A stretch of DNA of 64,000 nt from an uncultured Gammaproteobacteria bacterium (GTDB lineage Bacteria; Patescibacteriota; Patescibacteriia; Magasanikbacterales; GWA2-37-8): assembly GCA_964355175.1 (NCBI GenBank), contig CAYHBZ010000002.1, positions 332,537 to 396,536 of the forward strand, read 5' to 3'. The notes beneath the pieces are model-generated. The model searched no databases. It was not told the origin of the DNA and saw only the letters and a list, made by a program, of their open reading frames with translations. Numbering within the stretch: the stretch's first letter is position 1; each line of letters starts with the position of its first letter. This document shows positions 10,610-19,309 of the stretch, piece by piece. Made by a program: the position numbers and the translations under genes.

Positions 10610-11995
10610 ATGGATATTGAAAAAGATTTGGAAAAATTAGAAAAGGTAGTATCGCTCTGCAAGCGTCGCGGTTTTGTTTTTCCGGGCAGTGAAATTTATG
10701 GCGGTTTGGCCAATAGTTGGGATTACGCGCCGTTGGGCCATTTGCTCAAACAAAATATCAAAAAAGCTTGGTGGAAATTTTTTGTCCAAGAGCGTAATGA
10801 TATGGTGCCGATGGATACAGCGATCATTATGAATCCCAAAGTTTGGGAAGCCTCCGGTCATTTGCAGAATTTTAGTGATCAGTTGGTAGAATGTAAAAAA
10901 TGTCATCATCGTTTTCGTCCGGATCATTTGCTCGAAGCTATTAGTATGCGTCCGGAATACGATAAAGCCAAAGTACTTTCACTCTCCGATGTAAAATGTC
11001 CGGATTGTGATGGTGCACTTACTGAGCCAAAAAGTTTTAATTTGATGTTTAAAACTTTTTTGGGTACCAATGAAGACAGTGCTACTACCGCTTATTTGCG
11101 TCCGGAAACTGCCGCCGGTATGTTTGTAAATTTTAAAAATGTTCAGAATGTGACTCGTCGCCGTTTGCCATTTGGTATCGCCCAAATCGGTAAATGTTTT
11201 CGCAACGAAATTACTCCGGGTAATTTTATTTTCCGAACCCGTGAATTTGAAATTGGTGAATTTGAATATTTTATCAACCCTAAAGATTGGGAAAGTGTAT
11301 TTGAAATGTGGCTTGGTGAAATTAAACGCTGGTGGAAAGATATCATGCAGATCAATATGGATAATCTAGTGTGGCATGAAATCGAAGACGGCGAACGCGC
11401 TCACTATAGCAAACGCACGGTGGATATCGAATACAAATATCCGTTTGGTGTGAAAGAATTGCACGGTATCGCTTATCGCACCGATTTTGATTTGAGTCGT
11501 CACGAAAAGGTGAGTGGTCAGGATTTGCATTATACCGATCCGGAAACACAAGAGAAATTTTTACCACATGTGATTGAGCCAACTTTTGGTATTGATCGTA
11601 TGCTTTTGGTTTGTTTGCTTGAAGCTTATACCGAAGAGCAAGCGCCCACTAGCGAAGCCGGTGAAACCGAAGCTCGTGTCGTAATGAAATTCCCAAAGAA
11701 ATTAGCGCCAATTCAGGTGGCCGTATTGCCGCTCTCGAAGAAAGAAGAATTATCTTCGGTGGCTCGCGAAGTGGCCAATGAATTGCGTAAAAATTTCAGC
11801 GTGGATTATGATGAAACTCAGAGTATCGGTAAGCGCTATCGTCGCCAAGATGAAATTGGTACACCGTATTGTGTGACTTTTGATTTTGAATCACTCGAAG
11901 ATAAGAAAGTGACGGTGCGTGATCGTGATACTATGGCTCAAGAAAGAATCGAGATCGCCGAATTAACCAAATATTTGCAAGGCAAATTTGAGTAA
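10610..11995 (+). CDS. glyQS: glycine--tRNA ligase (dimeric GlyQS type)
   Basis: N-terminal ..RRGFVFPGSEIYGGLANSWDYAPLG.. and class II synthetase motifs. 461 aa. Confidence 0.9.
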   Translation: MDIEKDLEKLEKVVSLCKRRGFVFPGSEIYGGLANSWDYAPLGHLLKQNIKKAWWKFFVQERNDMVPMDTAIIMNPKVWEASGHLQNFSDQLVECKKCHHRFRPDHLLEAISMRPEYDKAKVLSLSDVKCPDCDGALTEPKSFNLMFKTFLGTNEDSATTAYLRPETAAGMFVNFKNVQNVTRRRLPFGIAQIGKCFRNEITPGNFIFRTREFEIGEFEYFINPKDWESVFEMWLGEIKRWWKDIMQINMDNLVWHEIEDGERAHYSKRTVDIEYKYPFGVKELHGIAYRTDFDLSRHEKVSGQDLHYTDPETQEKFLPHVIEPTFGIDRMLLVCLLEAYTEEQAPTSEAGETEARVVMKFPKKLAPIQVAVLPLSKKEELSSVAREVANELRKNFSVDYDETQSIGKRYRRQDEIGTPYCVTFDFESLEDKKVTVRDRDTMAQERIEIAELTKYLQGKFE

Positions 11996-12000
11996 TTATT

Positions 12001-13290
12001 ATGTATAAAGTTCAAAAATTAAAAAATAAAATTACTCTGATCACGGTACCGCTTTCGGGTACCAAGGCTACTACTGTGCTCGTGATGGTGCCGGTAGGTT
12101 CGCGCTATGAGCACGAAAAAATTTCCGGCATCTCACATTTTGTAGAGCATGTGATGTTCAAAGGCACACATAAACGTCCAACCGCGCAAGATATTTCCCG
12201 CGTATTGGATGCGGCGGGAGCGGACTATAATGCTTTTACTAATAAAGACTATACCGGTTATTATGTTAAAATCGATTCTGCTCAACAGCGCCTCGCTTTT
12301 GATTTGATGGGGGATATGTTATTTAATTCCAAGTTTGAAGCGGTAGAAATTGAAAAAGAAAAAGGCGCAATTGTGGAAGAGTTGCGCATGTATGAAGATA
12401 ATCCTACAATGAATTTAGATACAGTTTATGAAAAACTGTTATTTGGCGATTGTCCTTTGGGTTGGGATGTCGGTGGTACAGAAAAAAGCGTACGCGGTAT
12501 TACTCACAGTGACATGTGGAATTATTATCAATCGGCTTATAAACCAGACAATATGGTATTGGTGGTGGCCGGTAAAATTGATAAAAAATTAAAAAATAAT
12601 TTGAAGTTTTTTGTAAATGACGATTATAAAAAGAATAAAACTAAGCAATCCATAAAGAAAGACACCTTTAAGAAATTTGCTTGGCCAAAAAATTTACCTT
12701 CTTTAAATGGTAGAGTAACGGTAAAAGAAAAAAAATTAGACCAGTCGCATGTGATCGTGGGTTTTCCTGGTTTATCACTAAATCATCCGGATAGATATGT
12801 GGCCACCGTATTGCTCAATATTTTGGGAGGCGGTATGAGCTCTCGTTTATTTGTGGAAGTGCGTGAAAAACGCGGGTTGGCCTATATGGTGCGAGCGGCC
12901 AGCAGTAATTATCGCGATGTCGGTACTATGTATGTTCAGGCCGGTTTGGATCCGGCGCGTTTGGCGGAAGCGATTCAAGTAATCCGTGCCGAACTGCAAC
13001 GCATAGTAAATGAGCCAGTAACAGAGAAAGAATTGGCCGATGCCAAGAGTAGTATTTGTGGACGAATGACTTTGGGCATGGAAGAATGTAGCTCTCAGGC
13101 CGAATGGTTTGCCAAGCAGTTTTTATTTTCCGATAAAATTAACACTTACGAAGAGGTGCTTGAAAAAATAAAAAAAGTTACGATAAAAGATGTCCAACGC
13201 GTCGCCGATAAAATTTTTGATTGGAAAGAAGTGCGAGCGGCCGCGATTGGTACTGTAAAAAAAGAAGATTTAATTAAAATTTTAAAATAA
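12001..13290 (+). CDS. M16-family (insulinase-like) zinc peptidase
   Basis: Inverted zinc-binding motif HFVEH (HxxEH) and pitrilysin-like layout. Confidence 0.85.
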   Translation: MYKVQKLKNKITLITVPLSGTKATTVLVMVPVGSRYEHEKISGISHFVEHVMFKGTHKRPTAQDISRVLDAAGADYNAFTNKDYTGYYVKIDSAQQRLAFDLMGDMLFNSKFEAVEIEKEKGAIVEELRMYEDNPTMNLDTVYEKLLFGDCPLGWDVGGTEKSVRGITHSDMWNYYQSAYKPDNMVLVVAGKIDKKLKNNLKFFVNDDYKKNKTKQSIKKDTFKKFAWPKNLPSLNGRVTVKEKKLDQSHVIVGFPGLSLNHPDRYVATVLLNILGGGMSSRLFVEVREKRGLAYMVRAASSNYRDVGTMYVQAGLDPARLAEAIQVIRAELQRIVNEPVTEKELADAKSSICGRMTLGMEECSSQAEWFAKQFLFSDKINTYEEVLEKIKKVTIKDVQRVADKIFDWKEVRAAAIGTVKKEDLIKILK

Positions 13291-13295
13291 AATAT

Positions 13296-14072
13296 ATGGC
13301 TAAAACCAATATTTATCTTTTCGCCAACTGGAAGATGTATTTGGATTTGCCAGAAAGTGAAAAGCTCGCAAAAGACTTTGCTAAGCTAGCTAAAAAATTG
13401 CCAAAGCAAATTAAAATGGCGGTTTTTCCAAGCGCCTTGGCTTTTGCTACCGCGGTGAAAGTATTGAAAAAAACTACGGTTGGCGTAGGGGCGCAGAATG
13501 TTTATTTTGAAGACAAAGGTGGTTTTACCGGGGAAGTATCGGCGGTCATGTATGGAAATAATGGCGCTAAGTATGCCTTGGTGGGCCATTCGGAACGCCG
13601 TCATCTTTTTCACGAAACCAATCACGAGGTGAGAATGAAAATGGAAGCTTTGCTCAGTGCCGGCATAGTGCCTGTATTGTGTGTGGGCGAAACTGCTGGG
13701 GAAAGAGAAAATCAAAAAACTGAAGATACTATTGAGATTCAATTGCGTGCCGCTTTGCATGCTTTGAGTTGGAGCAAAAACGCCAAATTAATTATCGCTT
13801 ACGAGCCGGTGTGGGCAATAAGCAAAGGCTCCGGTGTAGATGAGGCTGGCAAACATTGTGATCCGCTAGAAGCTGAACGGGTGCATGAATTTATCAAAAA
13901 GACCGTTTCGCAATTATTAAAAGATGTTGAATCGATTGTTTTATTTGGAGGAAGTGTGCGTGCCAACACCACCAAAGAATATTTAGAACAACCAAGTATT
14001 GATGGTGTTTTGGTTGGTGCCGCTTCTACCCACCTTGACAGTTGGAGAGAAATCACGCACAATGCCAGCTAA
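13296..14072 (+). CDS. tpiA: triose-phosphate isomerase
   Basis: ANWKM near the N-terminus, VGHSERR and other TIM motifs. Confidence 0.9.
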   Translation: MAKTNIYLFANWKMYLDLPESEKLAKDFAKLAKKLPKQIKMAVFPSALAFATAVKVLKKTTVGVGAQNVYFEDKGGFTGEVSAVMYGNNGAKYALVGHSERRHLFHETNHEVRMKMEALLSAGIVPVLCVGETAGERENQKTEDTIEIQLRAALHALSWSKNAKLIIAYEPVWAISKGSGVDEAGKHCDPLEAERVHEFIKKTVSQLLKDVESIVLFGGSVRANTTKEYLEQPSIDGVLVGAASTHLDSWREITHNAS

Positions 14073-14977
14073 TTATGTTGATTAATATCCTATTTTTATT
14101 GGTCATAGTGGCGTGTCTGGCCGTAATTGGTTATATTATTTGGAGTAAAATTCCACAAATTTCCAATTTGGATACTGTCAATTTACCTCAAGAAAAAACC
14201 AATCGCAAGAAAAATGAAATTATTTTGCGTCGTTTGGATGTGAAATCTCATGAGACCAAGCAAAAATTGGGACAGAAACTAAAACCCCTTCAAACGGTGT
14301 GGGGACAGATTCAGCTCAAGTTTAGAATTTATGTCGGTAAAATAGAGCGTTTACTTCATCATGAGCAGATGGTCAAAACCAAAAAAGAGCATAGTCAGCT
14401 CAGTAATGAAGAGCTAATAATCAAATTAAAAAGTTTGATTCAGGAGGGTGCGCAGTATTTGGAAAGTGGCAGTTTTGATCAGGCCGAACAAGCCTTTATC
14501 GGCGCTATCAAAATTGATGCCAAATCAGCCGACGCTTATCGCGGTTTAGCCGAAACTTATTTGCGCCGTGGTGCCAAAGAAGAAGCAAAACAAACTTTTA
14601 TATTTTTGCTCCAGCTTGAACCGGAAAATGACGCGGTAATGGTGCGGTTGGCTCAGATGGCTGAGGAGGATAACGATGTATATGAGGCGATTGAGTACTA
14701 TCAATTGGCCGTAGTGGCCAACGATGCACTTTCGCCACGCTTTGCCCATTTGGCTGAGTTGCTACTAAAAGTAGATCAAAATGAGATTGCCAAAGAGGCA
14801 ATAATGCAGGCGGTAGAATTGGAACCACAAAACCCAAAATATCTTGACTTTCTACTTGAAACTGCTATACTATGTCAAGATAAGAAATTGGCTACTGAGG
14901 CTTTTTCTAAATTACGCATGTCAAATCCGGAAAATTCGAAGTTGCCCGAGTTCAAATATCGCATTGACAGTTTATAA
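14042..14977 (+). CDS. membrane-anchored TPR-repeat protein
   Basis: N-terminal TM helix, then tetratricopeptide-like repeats (AEQAFIGAIKIDAKSADAYRGLAETY...). Confidence 0.55.
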   Translation: MERNHAQCQLIMLINILFLLVIVACLAVIGYIIWSKIPQISNLDTVNLPQEKTNRKKNEIILRRLDVKSHETKQKLGQKLKPLQTVWGQIQLKFRIYVGKIERLLHHEQMVKTKKEHSQLSNEELIIKLKSLIQEGAQYLESGSFDQAEQAFIGAIKIDAKSADAYRGLAETYLRRGAKEEAKQTFIFLLQLEPENDAVMVRLAQMAEEDNDVYEAIEYYQLAVVANDALSPRFAHLAELLLKVDQNEIAKEAIMQAVELEPQNPKYLDFLLETAILCQDKKLATEAFSKLRMSNPENSKLPEFKYRIDSL

Positions 14978-14982
14978 AATAA

Positions 14983-15055
14983 GCCGTTGTAGCTCAGTTG
15001 GTAGAGCATTTCCATGGTAAGGAAAAGGTCTCGGGTTCAAATCCCGACAACGGCT
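14983..15055 (+). tRNA. tRNA-Thr(GGU)
   Basis: Cloverleaf folded by hand: acceptor GCCGUUG/CAACGGC, D-arm GCUCAGUUGGUAGAGC, anticodon loop AUGGUAA, T-arm UCGGGUUCAAAUCCCGA. Confidence 0.8.
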
Positions 15056-15094
15056 CAAGTGAGCCTCTACTTAGATTCTCACATACCAAATTAT

Positions 15095-15170
15095 GCCGGC
15101 TTAGCTCAGTTGGTAGAGCAACGGTTTTGTAAACCGTAGGTCTAGGGTTCGAATCCCTAAGCCGGCTCCA
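15095..15170 (+). tRNA. tRNA-Thr(UGU), CCA encoded
   Basis: Acceptor GCCGGCU/AGCCGGC, anticodon stem ACGGU/ACCGU with loop UUUGUAA, T-arm UAGGGUUCGAAUCCCUA, 3' UCCA. Confidence 0.8.
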
Positions 15171-15194
15171 AGTTTCGTCCTTTTTCAATTTATA

Positions 15195-15203
15195 TGGTAT
15201 AAT
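15195..15203 (+). promoter_or_regulatory. extended -10 promoter element (TGGTATAAT)
   Basis: TGnTATAAT sits 5 nt upstream of the 15208 ORF. No clear -35 element. Confidence 0.3.
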
Positions 15204-15207
15204 GTAG

Positions 15208-15837
15208 GTGATACACACCAGTTGCTTTATGCCACAAAAAACTATTACAACAGAACAAGAAAAGTTAGTAAAGAATTTGTATATTCATGGAAAGATGGGG
15301 AAAGAAATTTCTTCCATCTCCGGCTTGTCTTTGAAACAAATATATAGTTCTCTCCGCCGTCAGAAAGTTCCAAGAAAAAGTTTGGCTGAACAAAATAAAA
15401 TTTTGTTTGAGAAAAAATTACCATCATTTAGGTTTAAAGAAAATTTAAATTTAAAAGACAGAGAACTCTTGATAGCGGCGATTATGTTGTATTATGGAGA
15501 AGGAGCCAAAACAGGAGTTACGGTAGATTTTATAAATTCAGATGTGCTGGTGGTAAAATTATTCTTAAAATTTTTGAGAAAAATTTGTCGAGTAAATGAA
15601 GATAAAATAAGATGTTACCTCTATTGTTTTGAAGATCAAAATATAAATGAATTAATAAATTATTGGTCGTCTCAATTAAAAGTTGGAAGGACACAGTTTA
15701 CCAAGCCTTATGTCCGTCCAAATGTTAATCGAGGCAATAGATCAATGCCTCATGGAGTGATACATGTTCGTTACGGAGATAAAAAGTTATTAGAGAAAAT
15801 TTTATATCTTTGCAAAGAACTAGTTAGCTCTTTATAA
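15208..15837 (+). CDS. hypothetical protein with an N-terminal HTH and a possible LAGLIDADG-like motif
   Basis: The N-terminus (..LVKNLYIHGKMGKEISSISGLSLKQIYSSLRR..) looks like a homeodomain-type HTH. LLIAAIMLYYGEGAKTG weakly resembles a single LAGLIDADG motif. The gene sits between two tRNA genes, directly upstream of the intron-containing tRNA-Tyr. The true start may be at M8 (MPQK...). Confidence 0.4.
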   Translation: MIHTSCFMPQKTITTEQEKLVKNLYIHGKMGKEISSISGLSLKQIYSSLRRQKVPRKSLAEQNKILFEKKLPSFRFKENLNLKDRELLIAAIMLYYGEGAKTGVTVDFINSDVLVVKLFLKFLRKICRVNEDKIRCYLYCFEDQNINELINYWSSQLKVGRTQFTKPYVRPNVNRGNRSMPHGVIHVRYGDKKLLEKILYLCKELVSSL

Positions 15838-15843
15838 AAAATT

Positions 15844-16118
15844 GGGCAGATACCAAAGTGGCTAACTGGGGCAGACTGTGAACAATTGCAGCTCTTAGAG
15901 GTAACTCTAGGATGAACTCTCTGGGATAACGGTGAAAGCTAATGGGGGTGCTAATACCGTGGGAACTTCGCAACGTGCGGAGAGCGCCGTAGAGACTAGA
16001 TACCAGAGTATCCCGATTCAGTTGGGATAAAGATATAGTCCATGCCGTAAGGAAACTTATGGATAAGTGAAATCTGCTGGCTCCGCCTTCGTAGGTTCGA
16101 ATCCTACTCTGCCCACCA
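15844..16118 (+). tRNA. tRNA-Tyr(GUA) split by a group I intron in the anticodon loop (exons 15844-15879 and 16070-16118, CCA encoded)
   Basis: The joined exons read GGGCAGA-UA-CCAA..UGGG-G-CAGAC-U-GUA-AA-UCUGC-UGGCUCCGCCUUC-GUAGGUUCGAAUCCUAC-UCUGCCC-A-CCA. This is a type II tRNA with a long variable arm. The anticodon stem-loop GCAGACUGUAAAUCUGC is identical to bacterial tRNA-Tyr. Confidence 0.75.
15880..16069 (+). other. group I self-splicing intron (IC3-like, ~190 nt) within tRNA-Tyr
   Basis: The conserved S element AAGAUAUAGUCC matches the group I consensus exactly at 16029-16041. The R-like element GUAGAGACUAGAUA at 15989-16002 supplies the P7 pairing GACUA/UAGUC. The 5' exon ends in U, which can pair with the internal guide GCAG near the intron start. 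The intron ends in G just before the 3' exon. Confidence 0.7.
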
Positions 16119-16139
16119 AAGTAAATTTAATAAATATAT

Positions 16140-16292
16140 ATGTCACAAGACAGATTGGCGAAAATGGAATGCTCGGCTTGTAAGCGTGTGAATTCTTTCA
16201 CTACACGCAACAAAAAGATTAAGACTCGTTTGTTGCTGAACAAGCATTGCAAATCCTGCGTGAAACACACTGAACACAAAGAGACCAAATAA
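16140..16292 (+). CDS. rpmG: 50S ribosomal protein L33
   Basis: 50-codon ORF, too short for the supplied ORF track (60-aa cutoff). It encodes MSQDRLAKMECSACKRVNSFTTRNKKIKTRLLLNKHCKSCVKHTEHKETK, a CxxC..CxxC zinc-ribbon with the KHTxHKExK tail typical of L33. The antisense ORF 16143..16361 is therefore spurious. Confidence 0.8.
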   Translation: MSQDRLAKMECSACKRVNSFTTRNKKIKTRLLLNKHCKSCVKHTEHKETK

Positions 16293-16301
16293 ATTTGGTT
16301 T

Positions 16302-17078
16302 ATGAGTTTTTTTAACTCGCTTTACAACAGTTTGTACAACTTTAAATGGCTCCGTCAGCAAAAAGATAATACTAGCTGGGCTTGGGGCTATTTTTTTCTA
16401 TTAACTTTTTTGGTGGCTGGGTTGGTAGTTATACCCACTGCCTTTAAATATTTCTCTGAAGCGCCGGCTTGGAAGACAAAGATGATCCAAGAAGTACCTG
16501 AATTTCAAGCAACAATAAAAAATGGACAACTTAGTGTGACAGGATTGTCCCAACCTTATATTAAAAAATATAATCAGATGGTGATAGTGGTGGATACGGT
16601 TTCCACCGGCACTTTGTCCGTGAAACAGTTCGTGGGCTCAGATAAAGAAACCGGAATTTTGGCCACCAAAGATCGTATGGAATTTTATAATCCGCAGGAT
16701 CAAAGTGTGAATGTTCAAAATTTTAGTTCAATTGATGGTTTCACTACCGATCGTGCCGGTGTATTGAATAATGTTGATAAGATTCTTAGTCGCCGAATGT
16801 TAAGTTTGTTTACTTTGGTATTTGCTATTATAATATTGTTGTATTTGGTTCTTGGTAATTTGCTCAATGTGCTGTTTATTGGTCTGGTATTTTTTCACTG
16901 GAGCAAAAAACGTAATTTGGGATATACCTTTAAACAGATATTTACAGTTGGGTTATTCGCGGTTACTTTGCCATTAATTTTGGATCAACTTGTTGTCGGT
17001 ATTCCGTTTATTAGTCTGGCTTGGTCAATATTGTTTGGTTTCATTTTGTACTGGTCGCTGTTCAAGAGTGAAAAATAA
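16302..17078 (+). CDS. polytopic membrane protein, function unknown
   Basis: 258 aa with at least five hydrophobic helices and no motif I recognise. Confidence 0.5.
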   Translation: MSFFNSLYNSLYNFKWLRQQKDNTSWAWGYFFLLTFLVAGLVVIPTAFKYFSEAPAWKTKMIQEVPEFQATIKNGQLSVTGLSQPYIKKYNQMVIVVDTVSTGTLSVKQFVGSDKETGILATKDRMEFYNPQDQSVNVQNFSSIDGFTTDRAGVLNNVDKILSRRMLSLFTLVFAIIILLYLVLGNLLNVLFIGLVFFHWSKKRNLGYTFKQIFTVGLFAVTLPLILDQLVVGIPFISLAWSILFGFILYWSLFKSEK

Positions 17079-17083
17079 AATTT

Positions 17084-17155
17084 AGGTCCATAGTTTCAAT
17101 GGTAAAACATCGGTCTCCAAAACCGAGGTTCTCGGTTCGAATCCGAGTGGGCCTG
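17084..17155 (+). tRNA. tRNA-Trp(CCA)
   Basis: Acceptor AGGUCCA/UGGGCCU (one U-G pair), anticodon stem UCGGU/ACCGA with loop CUCCAAA, T-arm CUCGGUUCGAAUCCGAG. CCA is not encoded. Confidence 0.8.
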
Positions 17156-17264
17156 CAATGTAAAATACCAGCTTTATTAGGCTGATATTTTTTATTTTAC
17201 TTTTAGTATTTTTGATGTTAGAATTAAATTCTAAAGTTCCAGTCGTATCTAGATATTATAGGCT

Positions 17265-17693
17265 ATGTTTACAAAAAATACATACGATCTTCCAATTGAT
17301 CTAAATAAAGTCACCAAAATTTCCAAAGAGGGAATTGCTCATGTTGGTGACCTGATAAATTCTATTGATTATGACGCACCCGACGGAACGCCAGTTTTGG
17401 CTTCTCTTGATGGGGTGGTTATCTTCGTAAAAGATGATTCCAATATTGGCGGCGAAGATAAAAAATTTGAAAATGATGGTAACTATATCGAAATACTTCA
17501 TGAAAACAACGAGGTGTCCGAATATGAACATTTGCTTTTTCAATCAGCAAAAGTTAAAGTGGGGGATATAGTTAAAACAGGACAACCAATCGCAGAAGTT
17601 GGCAACACCGGTTGGAGTGAATGTCCACACTTACATTTTATGGTTTATCCTAAAGGTCAAGAATATAAAACTTTAGAAATCAAATGGCATTAA
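17265..17693 (+). CDS. M23-family (LytM/lysostaphin-like) metallopeptidase domain protein
   Basis: GNTGWSECPHLHF (HxH motif) plus an upstream ..DYDAPDGTPV.. segment typical of M23 peptidases. Confidence 0.7.
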   Translation: MFTKNTYDLPIDLNKVTKISKEGIAHVGDLINSIDYDAPDGTPVLASLDGVVIFVKDDSNIGGEDKKFENDGNYIEILHENNEVSEYEHLLFQSAKVKVGDIVKTGQPIAEVGNTGWSECPHLHFMVYPKGQEYKTLEIKWH

Positions 17694-17923
17694 AATATTT
17701 TATGATTGATATTTACAAAATACTAGAAGATCAAAAAATTCCATTTATTCGTTATGATCATCCAGCAGTTTTTACTGCCGGAGAAGCGGAAGAAAAATGC
17801 AATGATATTCCAGGAGGGCATATCAAAAATTTATTTTTACGTAATCGAAAAGGTGATAAGCATTATCTGGTAATTGTGGATTTGCAAAAGCAAATAGATT
17901 TAAAACAACCAAACAATCAATGA
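17684..17923 (+). CDS. YbaK/ProX-like aminoacyl-tRNA deacylase, N-terminal fragment (possibly a pseudogene)
   Basis: 79 aa (..IPFIRYDHPAVFTAGEAEEKC..HIKNLFLRNRKGDKHYLV..) resembles the N-terminal half of the ~160-aa YbaK/ProX editing domain. It ends early. Confidence 0.35.
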   Translation: MALKYFMIDIYKILEDQKIPFIRYDHPAVFTAGEAEEKCNDIPGGHIKNLFLRNRKGDKHYLVIVDLQKQIDLKQPNNQ

Positions 17924-18019
17924 GCTGGTATATGCACCGTCGTATGATGAATTCGGACAGACGGCTTTTGGTTGTTCATTAATTGTTAGATATCATGTTT
18001 AACTTTCGGAAAACTAAAT

Positions 18020-18049
18020 AGCCTCTCTGTCTGGGAGGCTATTTTATTT
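18020..18049 (+). terminator. rho-independent terminator
   Basis: AGCCTC-TCTGTCTG-GGAGGCT hairpin followed by ATTTTATTT. Confidence 0.5.
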
Positions 18050-18340
18050 AAAAGTTTTCCGATCTAATATGACATCGACAATTCCATCTCAAAATAACAG
18101 ACAAAATGATATCATAATTGACCCGCCGTTTATTATTGCGCAAATAATTTCTATCGTTGCCAACCAAATGGGGAACGGGTATAAAGAAGTCTTGGCTATT
18201 AACATTTTTCTCTTACTTTTAGCCAAGTTATTCTTTGTTTTGACAAATAAAATCAATAAGTAACGACCACTATTCCGCCTTTCTTTTTTTTGGTATAATA
18301 AGTATCATCTGTCCTTTGGACTTAAAATGACTATATAAAT

Positions 18341-19309
18341 ATGTACGATATTTTATCAATTGGCGGCACTGCTCTAGATGTATTTTTGGAGTTGCATGAA
18401 GCGACGGTAAATTGTCGTATCGATAATACCGCTTGTCAGCTTTGTTTAAATTTTGCCGACAAAATTCCAGTAGAAAAAGTGACCAATGTTCCTGGAGTTG
18501 GCACCGCGCCAAATAACGCCGTGGGTAGCGCTAGGCTCGGACTAAAGGCCGCTTTGTATACCGTGATTGGCAACGATTCGCCAGGAGAGGACAGTGTGGA
18601 TGTTTTTAAAAAAGAAAAAGTTGCCACAAAATATGTAATGGTGGATAAAAAGAATCGCACTGATTATTCTTCAATTTTAAGTTTTAAAGGGGAGCGCACG
18701 CTTTTAACTTTTCAAGTACCCAGAAAATATAGTCTGCCCGCTGGCGTAAAAACTAAATGGATGTTTTTGGGTGCCTTGCCAGACGGACATGAATTGTTAC
18801 ATTCTCAAGCGGTAAAAAAAGCCAAAAAAGATAAGGTTAAAATTGGATATAATCCAGGGGCACATGAATTGCGCGATGGGATTGATGGTATGAGAAATTT
18901 ATTGTCGGTGCTCGAAGTATTTATCGTGAACAAAGAAGAAGCCTGGCGTTTGGTGGGAAAAGAAGAAGATATAAAAATTTTATTGACCAAGCTGAGAAAG
19001 TACGGTCCAAAAATAGTGATAGTGACCGACGGTAAAAACGGCGCCACTTGTTTTGATGGTGATAATTTTTATCATCAATCTATTTTCAATGTGCCGGTGG
19101 TAGAAAAAACCGGAGCCGGCGATGCCTTTGCTACCGGTTTGGTGGCGGCGCTGATACAGGGGCGCGATATTAAAACAGCTCTGCGCTACGGTGCGGCCAA
19201 TTCGGCTAGCGTAGTGGGATATGTTGGTGCCCAACAAGGGCTTCTGACCAAATCGCAGATGAAGAAATTTCTGGACGCCCACAAAGAAATTTACGCGAAA
19301 ATAATTTAA
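18341..19309 (+). CDS. PfkB-family carbohydrate/nucleoside kinase (ribokinase-like)
   Basis: C-terminal TGAGDAFATGLVAAL anion-hole motif and ribokinase-fold layout. Confidence 0.8.
   Translation: MYDILSIGGTALDVFLELHEATVNCRIDNTACQLCLNFADKIPVEKVTNVPGVGTAPNNAVGSARLGLKAALYTVIGNDSPGEDSVDVFKKEKVATKYVMVDKKNRTDYSSILSFKGERTLLTFQVPRKYSLPAGVKTKWMFLGALPDGHELLHSQAVKKAKKDKVKIGYNPGAHELRDGIDGMRNLLSVLEVFIVNKEEAWRLVGKEEDIKILLTKLRKYGPKIVIVTDGKNGATCFDGDNFYHQSIFNVPVVEKTGAGDAFATGLVAALIQGRDIKTALRYGAANSASVVGYVGAQQGLLTKSQMKKFLDAHKEIYAKII

Noticed and set aside
14994-15218. 74-aa minus-strand ORF in the track.
   Set aside because: It lies antisense across two well-folded tRNA-Thr genes, so it is almost certainly not coding.
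15838-16127. Considered calling this 285-nt tRNA-like region a tmRNA. Its 5' GGGCAGA pairs with 3' UCUGCCC-A-CCA and it has a T-arm.
   Set aside because: No plausible tag ORF ending in Ala-Ala-stop. The insert carries exact group I S and R elements, the exons reassemble into a canonical tRNA-Tyr, and a convincing tmRNA with a tag frame lies next to smpB at 62520-62915.
16143-16361. 72-aa minus-strand ORF.
   Set aside because: It is antisense to a textbook L33 (rpmG) reading frame on the plus strand.
18069-18263. 64-aa hydrophobic ORF after a terminator.
   Set aside because: No ribosome-binding site or homology evidence, and it could be chance. I left it unannotated.
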